From positions 270,001-302,000 of the forward strand of contig NZ_CP040089.1 in the NCBI RefSeq assembly GCF_009617975.1: DNA of 32,000 nt. The letters are read 5' to 3'. The notes beneath the pieces are model-generated. The model was not told the DNA's origin. It saw only the letters and a list, made by a program, of their open reading frames with translations, and did no database searches. Below, one piece after another: positions 27,031 to 32,000 of the stretch. Position 1 is the first letter of the stretch; every line of letters starts with the position of its first letter. The translations under genes and the position numbers were made by a program. This DNA is from Candidatus Nanohalobium constans (GTDB taxonomy: Archaea > Nanohalarchaeota > Nanosalinia > Nanosalinales > Nanosalinaceae).

Positions 27031-27148
27031 GGTGTTATACTCAACTCGAAAATCTTTGATTTTCTGCGTTCCCAGAAACTCCAGAAGGAGTTTCGTCAAT
27101 CACGCAATAAGCCACGCTTCGGCGGCTTTCAGGTTTTGAAGTTTCATT

Positions 27149-28099
27149 TTAATTATGTTCCAGGTCTGCCATTTTGGCGAGGAAAGCTTCTATCTGGATG
27201 TCTGCACTTCCGCCTTCGCTGATTCTGAATTCGAACTCGCCCAGGTTTTCGATTATTTCTAGTTTGGCTCTTTCTGAGATGTCGAGGTCGAAAATCTCTC
27301 GGTGAACGGAGTCTATCACATCCTGTCCATCCAGTCCTCTGTCAATCATAAGGTCGGCTAGTGTGTCTCTGGCGTCCATGAAGTTGCCGCTGAGAGAGTC
27401 GTCCAGGATTTCTCTGATTTCGTCCGGCCTTAGACTGGCTGCGATACCGTAAATATCATCTTCCTCGATCTCATCATTGTTGATCGAAGCAGTCTGCAGA
27501 ATGTTTGTGACTCTCCTGAGGTCGCCTTCTGCGACCCGCATAACTGCTTCAACGGCTTCTTCGGAGATTTTGAAGTCTTCATCTTCACCAAGCCTTGTAA
27601 TATAGTTTTTGACATCGCTCTCTTCCAAACGATTGAATCTGAATACTGCGCATCTGGACTGAATAGGATCAATAATCTTTGAAGAATAGTTACAGGATAG
27701 AATAAATCTGCAGTTATCCGAAAACTGCTCCATAGTTCTTCTCAAGGCTTGCTGAGCATCTGAAGTAAGAGCATCGGCCTCGTCAAGGAAGATTATCTTG
27801 TAATCAGCTCCGATACTTTTGGTCCGAGCGAAGTTCTTGATCTTTTCTCTTACAACATCGATACCTCTCTCATCGGAAGCATTGGTCTCCATAAAGTTCT
27901 GCTTCCATTCATCACCATACAAGTCTTTGGCGAGTGCGATTGCTGATGTTGTTTTTCCCGTTCCCGCTGGGCCTGCGAACAGCATGTGTGGTACTTCGTC
28001 GTTTTCCACGAATGCTTCAAGTCTGTCTACAATGTTTTCCTGTCCGACAACTTCGCTCAGTGTATCCGGTCTATGTTTTTCCGTCCAGACATCTATCAT
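27149..28099 (-). CDS. rfcS: replication factor C small subunit
   Basis: 316 aa. MIDVWTEKHRPDTL, Walker A GPAGTGKTT, DEAD-type FLDEADALT, SRC motif (IQSRCAVFRF). Confidence 0.93.
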   Translation of the reverse strand: MIDVWTEKHRPDTLSEVVGQENIVDRLEAFVENDEVPHMLFAGPAGTGKTTSAIALAKDLYGDEWKQNFMETNASDERGIDVVREKIKNFARTKSIGADYKIIFLDEADALTSDAQQALRRTMEQFSDNCRFILSCNYSSKIIDPIQSRCAVFRFNRLEESDVKNYITRLGEDEDFKISEEAVEAVMRVAEGDLRRVTNILQTASINNDEIEEDDIYGIAASLRPDEIREILDDSLSGNFMDARDTLADLMIDRGLDGQDVIDSVHREIFDLDISERAKLEIIENLGEFEFRISEGGSADIQIEAFLAKMADLEHN

Positions 28100-28167
28100 C
28101 TGAGATTCACCTCAGCTGATGGTCTCTGGAACGAGAAAACTCGTTTTAGGTTCCAGACATCTATCAT
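28084..28167 (-). repeat. exact 16-bp direct repeat (tccagacatctatcat at 28084-28099 and 28152-28167) duplicating the rfcS start
   Basis: Read directly from the sequence. On the minus strand both copies read ATGATAGATGTCTGGA (MIDVW). Confidence 0.8.
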
Positions 28168-28220
28168 GAAAAATCAGTCTGGTTTCAAGCTTTTATGCCC
28201 TCCGACTCCAAAATGTATTT

Positions 28221-28721
28221 GTGAAGATAACGCTTACGGGGACGCCTGGAACAGGGAAAACAACTGTCTCAGATAAACTTGCTGAACGAGGATATGATGT
28301 AGTTCATCTCACCCGGTATTTTGAGGAGAATGATATAGGTGAGGAGAAAGCCGGTGAGCGAGAGGTAAGAATCGGTCAGATGGTTGACTCGCTTGAATCT
28401 GAGGAGTTCCCTGAGGATGTTGTGATTGAAGGTCATCTATCACATCACTTCCCGTCAGATGCCTGTGTTGTTCTGAGATGCCGACCCGATATGCTTGAGG
28501 AAAGGCTTTCCAGCAGAGATTACTCGGATAGAAAAATTGAGGAAAATGTTGAAGCTGAAAAACTAGATATTGTATTATCTGAAGCAGTTCAGAACCAGGA
28601 AACTGTTATTGAAGTAGATACGACAGGGAAGACAGTTGAATCGACTATTAAAGAAATTTTAAACAGTCTTAGTAGGGAAGAAAGTGATTATGGCGGTGTA
28701 GACTGGACAGAGTTCATATAG
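28221..28721 (+). CDS. AK6/Fap7-like nucleotide (adenylate) kinase
   Basis: 166 aa, GTG start. P-loop MKITLTGTPGTGKTT. Size and layout fit archaeal COG1936. TATA-like GCTTTTATGCC lies about 25 nt upstream. Confidence 0.8.
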   Translation: MKITLTGTPGTGKTTVSDKLAERGYDVVHLTRYFEENDIGEEKAGEREVRIGQMVDSLESEEFPEDVVIEGHLSHHFPSDACVVLRCRPDMLEERLSSRDYSDRKIEENVEAEKLDIVLSEAVQNQETVIEVDTTGKTVESTIKEILNSLSREESDYGGVDWTEFI

Positions 28722-28760
28722 TCTGAAAACTTAAATTCTAAGGCAGTCCACACTGTAACC

Positions 28761-29540
28761 GTGGGGTCTTCAAAAGGACAGTCAGCAGTAGAGTACTTAA
28801 CAACCTACGGATGGATGGTTCTAGTCCTAACTGTAGCGGGATCGGCAGTTTTTACTACGGTCTCGCCAGGCTGCCAGGTAAGTGTTCAAGCAGGACCCGC
28901 CAGCTCTTTAACTGCCTCAGAATCAGGTCTTGAAGAAGGCAACACTCTTTCAGTTATCTTACGTAATTCTGAGTCATCTCTGATTGAAATCCGCTCGGTA
29001 AAACTCGAAGGACGCCAAGAATCAGCAAAAAACACGCAAATACCGGTCGGAGAAGAGAAAAAATACGAAGTAACCTCGGTTAAACCTTCTGGAGAATGCC
29101 AAGAATACGACATGACCTTAGCATACAGTACACAGAACTTACCAAACCTTGAGCAAAAATTCACGGTCAGAGGCAAATTCACTCTTCCTCAGATAATAGT
29201 AGAAAAGCTGTTTGTTGCTGGAGACACTATAGAAGAGATTGAGACACGCGAAACTGTTCTGCCGACAGGAAACAATACAATGTGCTTCGGAGACGACTGC
29301 GGGACCACTGAAGGAGGAGAATTAACAGGCTCAGAACAATACCTGAATATCTCCGGCGACTCAATGCAAGGACCACTCAACACAGACGCATTAAATGCTA
29401 ACTGCTACGGCGATCTATGCAGCTCAACTCAGACCAGTGACCTAGGATATGTAAGCAGCCAAAACAATACACTAAATGGAACACTTAATGTCACGGAAGT
29501 TAAACCAATACAAAATCTTTGTGTAGGAGGAACATGCTAA
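28761..29540 (+). CDS. class III signal peptide (PF04021-like) secreted protein with C-terminal CxGxxC loops
   Basis: 259 aa, GTG start. (M)GSSKG|QSAVEYLTTYGWMVLVLTVAGSAVF. The C-terminal third contains MCFGDDC, NCYGDLC and the terminal NLCVGGTC, plus EQYLNISGDSMQGPLN. Confidence 0.75.
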   Translation: MGSSKGQSAVEYLTTYGWMVLVLTVAGSAVFTTVSPGCQVSVQAGPASSLTASESGLEEGNTLSVILRNSESSLIEIRSVKLEGRQESAKNTQIPVGEEKKYEVTSVKPSGECQEYDMTLAYSTQNLPNLEQKFTVRGKFTLPQIIVEKLFVAGDTIEEIETRETVLPTGNNTMCFGDDCGTTEGGELTGSEQYLNISGDSMQGPLNTDALNANCYGDLCSSTQTSDLGYVSSQNNTLNGTLNVTEVKPIQNLCVGGTC

Positions 29541-30397
29541 TGAAAAAAGCAATAATGATTTTAGCACTGATAATATGCGTATACACTGCTACTGCAGATA
29601 TGGAATTCCGATCCAGCACGCCTATAGATGTCTACAGCCAATTCAACATGCATAACAATCAAATAACAAACCTTCAAAACCCTGGGGCAGACTCACACGC
29701 GCTAAACCTTGGATACGCTAACGAAAAATACCTTCAAAGAAACGGAGACAGCATAGACGGCAACCTCGACATGCAAAACAACAGAATACTAAACTTGCCA
29801 ACTCCAGCATCCGGGACAGATCCAGCAACCAAAAACTATGTCGATACTCAGGTAACATCAACACCACAATCACTATCTCAAGTGCTCGAAGAAGAAAACA
29901 CAGCCAATCAGAGCATCGATATGGATCAAAACCGTATAAGAAACCTGGCACAGCCAAAAACCAGCAACGACTCAGTAACACTTGGATACGCCAACAACGC
30001 GTACCTTCAAAGAAATGGAGACAGCATAGACGGAAACCTCGACATGAAAGGAAACTCCATCAACAACATCGGAGAAATAACCGGAAACAACAACATAAAC
30101 AACAGCATACAATTCAAATCAAACAGCATAAACTTCAATCAGGATGGAGCAGGAACAATACTTAAACTCCAAGAAACAGGGCAAATCAACGCCACAAACT
30201 CCAGGATTACAAATCTGAAAGACCCAAGCAATCCACAGGACGCAGCAACACAAAGCTATGTACAAAGCTACTCCAAAACCAACGACCAATACATAGGAAA
30301 CAATAAGACACACCAAGTAGGCGGCAACATCAACATGACAGACCAAAACATCACCACAAACACCCAAAACCGGATATGCACAGGCAACCAATGCTAA
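29534..30397 (+). CDS. Sec-signal secreted repeat protein with tail-fibre/adhesin-like motifs
   Basis: The track ORF starts at 29519. ATG 29534 (or 29540, a TAATG overlap) follows GTAGGAGG. MLMKKAIMILALIICVYTATA is a signal peptide. Repeats of N-x-I-x-N-L-x-x-P-(4-5)-D-x-x-x-x-x-Y and YLQRNGDSIDGNLDM. It ends in RICTGNQC. Confidence 0.75.
   Translation: MLMKKAIMILALIICVYTATADMEFRSSTPIDVYSQFNMHNNQITNLQNPGADSHALNLGYANEKYLQRNGDSIDGNLDMQNNRILNLPTPASGTDPATKNYVDTQVTSTPQSLSQVLEEENTANQSIDMDQNRIRNLAQPKTSNDSVTLGYANNAYLQRNGDSIDGNLDMKGNSINNIGEITGNNNINNSIQFKSNSINFNQDGAGTILKLQETGQINATNSRITNLKDPSNPQDAATQSYVQSYSKTNDQYIGNNKTHQVGGNINMTDQNITTNTQNRICTGNQC
29708..30052 (+). repeat. two ~73-bp direct repeat copies (about 29708-29780 and 29980-30052) inside the repeat-protein gene
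   Basis: cttggatacgctaacgaaaaataccttcaaagaaacggagacagcatagacggcaacctcgacatg versus cttggatacgccaacaacgcgtaccttcaaagaaatggagacagcatagacggaaacctcgacatg. Both encode LGYAN..YLQRNGDSIDGNLDM. Confidence 0.8.
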
Positions 30398-30409
30398 AAA
30401 ACTGATACT

Positions 30410-32000
30410 ATGACAGACGAAATCCAAGAAATAGTAGACGACCAAGAAAAAGCAGACAAACTACAGCAAATAATAGAGAAAAAAGTCCAAAAAGAAGTAC
30501 AAAAAACAGTAAAAAACCTGAAACAATCAGAAGAGTCCAAAGAAAAAACAGAAAACAGTTCAGAAGAAGTTTCAAGACGCTCATTCTTAAAGAAACTGGG
30601 AGCAGGAGCAATCGGCCTAGGAGCGGCCTCACTACTACCCTCCGCATCAGCATACAAAGTCAAAAGCGGTCACGGCTTCGATGTAACATCAGACGGAACA
30701 GAATACTTCGATGTCGACCCTAGCGGAAAAGTCAAAGTCAAAAACGCAGCCCTACAAATTGACACAGGACAGTCAATTGAAGACAACAACGGAACCAAAG
30801 CCATAAACCTCCTAGGAAACGGCAGCGTTGAGATTCCGATCGGAAACCTCCGCCTCAACAAAGGACAGTTCATTGAAGACGGAAACGGCACAGAAAGAAT
30901 AGCAATTGACCCAAGCGCAGGATTTGGCACTCATATATACAACGACGATGGTAAATTTGCATTTAGAGCAGTAGGAAACTTTGGACAAGCAATCTACGCA
31001 AGAAGCAACGAACCAGTAAGAATCCAAGACAACGAAGGAGACTTTACAGCCGTCAAATATGACACCGACACAAGTGCTGGCGTGCTGAAAACACCGAACG
31101 CCGGAATAGTAGCACAAGACAACGGAACACCATCATCAGGAGCAGGTCTAGAATTAACATACACACAAAATAACGATGGACGTGTAACAGCATACGATAG
31201 AAATAACAACAACTACATTCCACTCTACCTACGAGGCTCAAGAATTGACTTCTCTGATACCCCTGCCAACCTCCGCCTCGCCACGGGACAGAGTATCGAG
31301 GATGGTTCTGGTACTGCACGGTTGGATCTCCACAATTATGGCACTGATATTAACAGCGAAGAGGGTTCAACAGGGATTCGCTTCGCTGAGGGAGAAGATA
31401 CATTCTTTAGAGTGTTCGGATCTAAACTTGAGGTTGATGATAATAACGGTGGCTTCATTGCCCTCCAATACACCACGTCATCCAGTGCACCTGGAACGTT
31501 GGAATTGAAGAATGCCAATCTCGACGCTGGGGGGAACGATATTACGAATGCTGGTTCGGTCAGTGCAGAGGAAATAGGTGCTGAACGGCATTTAGCTGAA
31601 GGGTTTGATGGGGCTGATCCTGATTCGCGTCTCGATGCTGCTCTATCAAATGCATCTGATGGTGATGTAATCTACCTTGAAAATGCTGAATACAGTGAGG
31701 TTAGGTCAATATCAGTGAGGGTCTCTCTCATTGGAACGGGGGGAATGGGGGGGGCTGGTACTACCATTAGTGCCGATTGGACGCTTTCTGGTATAGGGTC
31801 AATATTAGAGGCAGTCTCTCTATCAGGAGGGACTATAACGATCAATGGAGTTGCATCAAGAGTCGAAAACATTTATGGGTCAACATCTCAATCAGTAACT
31901 GTGGATGCCGACTATGTTGGTATTTACAATTGTTATAATGTTGATGTAACATTCCAAAGTAATACAAATGGCGGGATGGCAGATGGTCTCCGTAATTCAA
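30410..32000 (+). CDS. Tat-signal secreted repeat protein with pectate-lyase/beta-helix-like C-terminal region; 5' partial, open to the window end
   Basis: Not in ORF track because it has no stop. My translation: MTDEIQEIVDDQEKADKLQQIIEKKVQKEVQKTVKNLKQSEESKEKTENSSEEVSRRSFLKKLGAGAIGLGAASLLPSASA|YKVK.... Three GQ(S/F)IED(x)2GT repeats. Later comes FDGADPDSRLDAALSNASDGDVIYLENAEY. Confidence 0.75.
   Translation, partial: MTDEIQEIVDDQEKADKLQQIIEKKVQKEVQKTVKNLKQSEESKEKTENSSEEVSRRSFLKKLGAGAIGLGAASLLPSASAYKVKSGHGFDVTSDGTEYFDVDPSGKVKVKNAALQIDTGQSIEDNNGTKAINLLGNGSVEIPIGNLRLNKGQFIEDGNGTERIAIDPSAGFGTHIYNDDGKFAFRAVGNFGQAIYARSNEPVRIQDNEGDFTAVKYDTDTSAGVLKTPNAGIVAQDNGTPSSGAGLELTYTQNNDGRVTAYDRNNNNYIPLYLRGSRIDFSDTPANLRLATGQSIEDGSGTARLDLHNYGTDINSEEGSTGIRFAEGEDTFFRVFGSKLEVDDNNGGFIALQYTTSSSAPGTLELKNANLDAGGNDITNAGSVSAEEIGAERHLAEGFDGADPDSRLDAALSNASDGDVIYLENAEYSEVRSISVRVSLIGTGGMGGAGTTISADWTLSGIGSILEAVSLSGGTITINGVASRVENIYGSTSQSVTVDADYVGIYNCYNVDVTFQSNTNGGMADGLRNS

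Noticed and set aside
28761-32000. Integrated virus or provirus, because of the tail-fibre-like repeats.
   Set aside because: There is no integrase, capsid, portal, terminase, att-like repeat or tRNA target in the window. The proteins carry cellular export signals (class III, Sec, Tat). This cannot be excluded for the sequence beyond 32000.
1-32000. tRNA genes, rRNA, CRISPR arrays and IS elements.
   Set aside because: I scanned the intergenic regions (972-1063, 7518-7651, 11115-11294, 11802-11955, 13633-13980, 16099-16218, 28100-28220). I found no T-loop GGTTCRAATCC-type motifs, no regularly spaced repeats, no terminal inverted repeats and no transposase-like ORFs.

Overview
This is an archaeal chromosomal window. 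Housekeeping markers are the thermosome, RFC small and large subunits, archaeal-type GluRS plus GatD, aRNase J, endonuclease III and an AK6/Fap7-like kinase. The proteins are strongly acidic, the genes are short and tightly packed (many ATGA/TAATG overlaps), and the DNA is AT-leaning. I infer a small-genome halophilic archaeon (Nanohaloarchaeota/DPANN-like), which cannot be verified here. I saw no tRNA, rRNA, CRISPR array, transposase or integrase. Two accessory regions stand out. (1) 16219-25846 is a same-strand, non-archaellum type IV pilus-like locus. It holds an orphan cytoplasmic coiled-coil/Gln-Ser-rich protein, two PF07790-type pilins, five further class-III-signal (KG|Q type) proteins, a FlaI/PilB-type ATPase and a FlaJ/PilC platform protein split into two genes. 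One pilin-like ORF has no ATG/GTG/TTG and appears to start at ATT behind a strong Shine-Dalgarno. (2) 28761-32000+ is a cluster of three secreted proteins, each with a different export signal (class III, Sec, Tat). They share tail-fibre/adhesin-like repeat motifs and terminal C-x-G-x-x-C mini-loops. The last gene shows an abrupt synonymous-codon switch and a G8 tract. I read these two regions as a candidate cell-contact/adhesion apparatus. Smaller oddities are listed below. They include Fe-S ligand loss in a photolyase-family protein and in EndoIII, an SxxS thioredoxin-like domain, unlisted zinc-ribbon mini-ORFs, a duplicated rfcS start that forms a coupled uORF, and sequon-dense lipoproteins. 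All homology calls are motif recognition from memory, not database searches.
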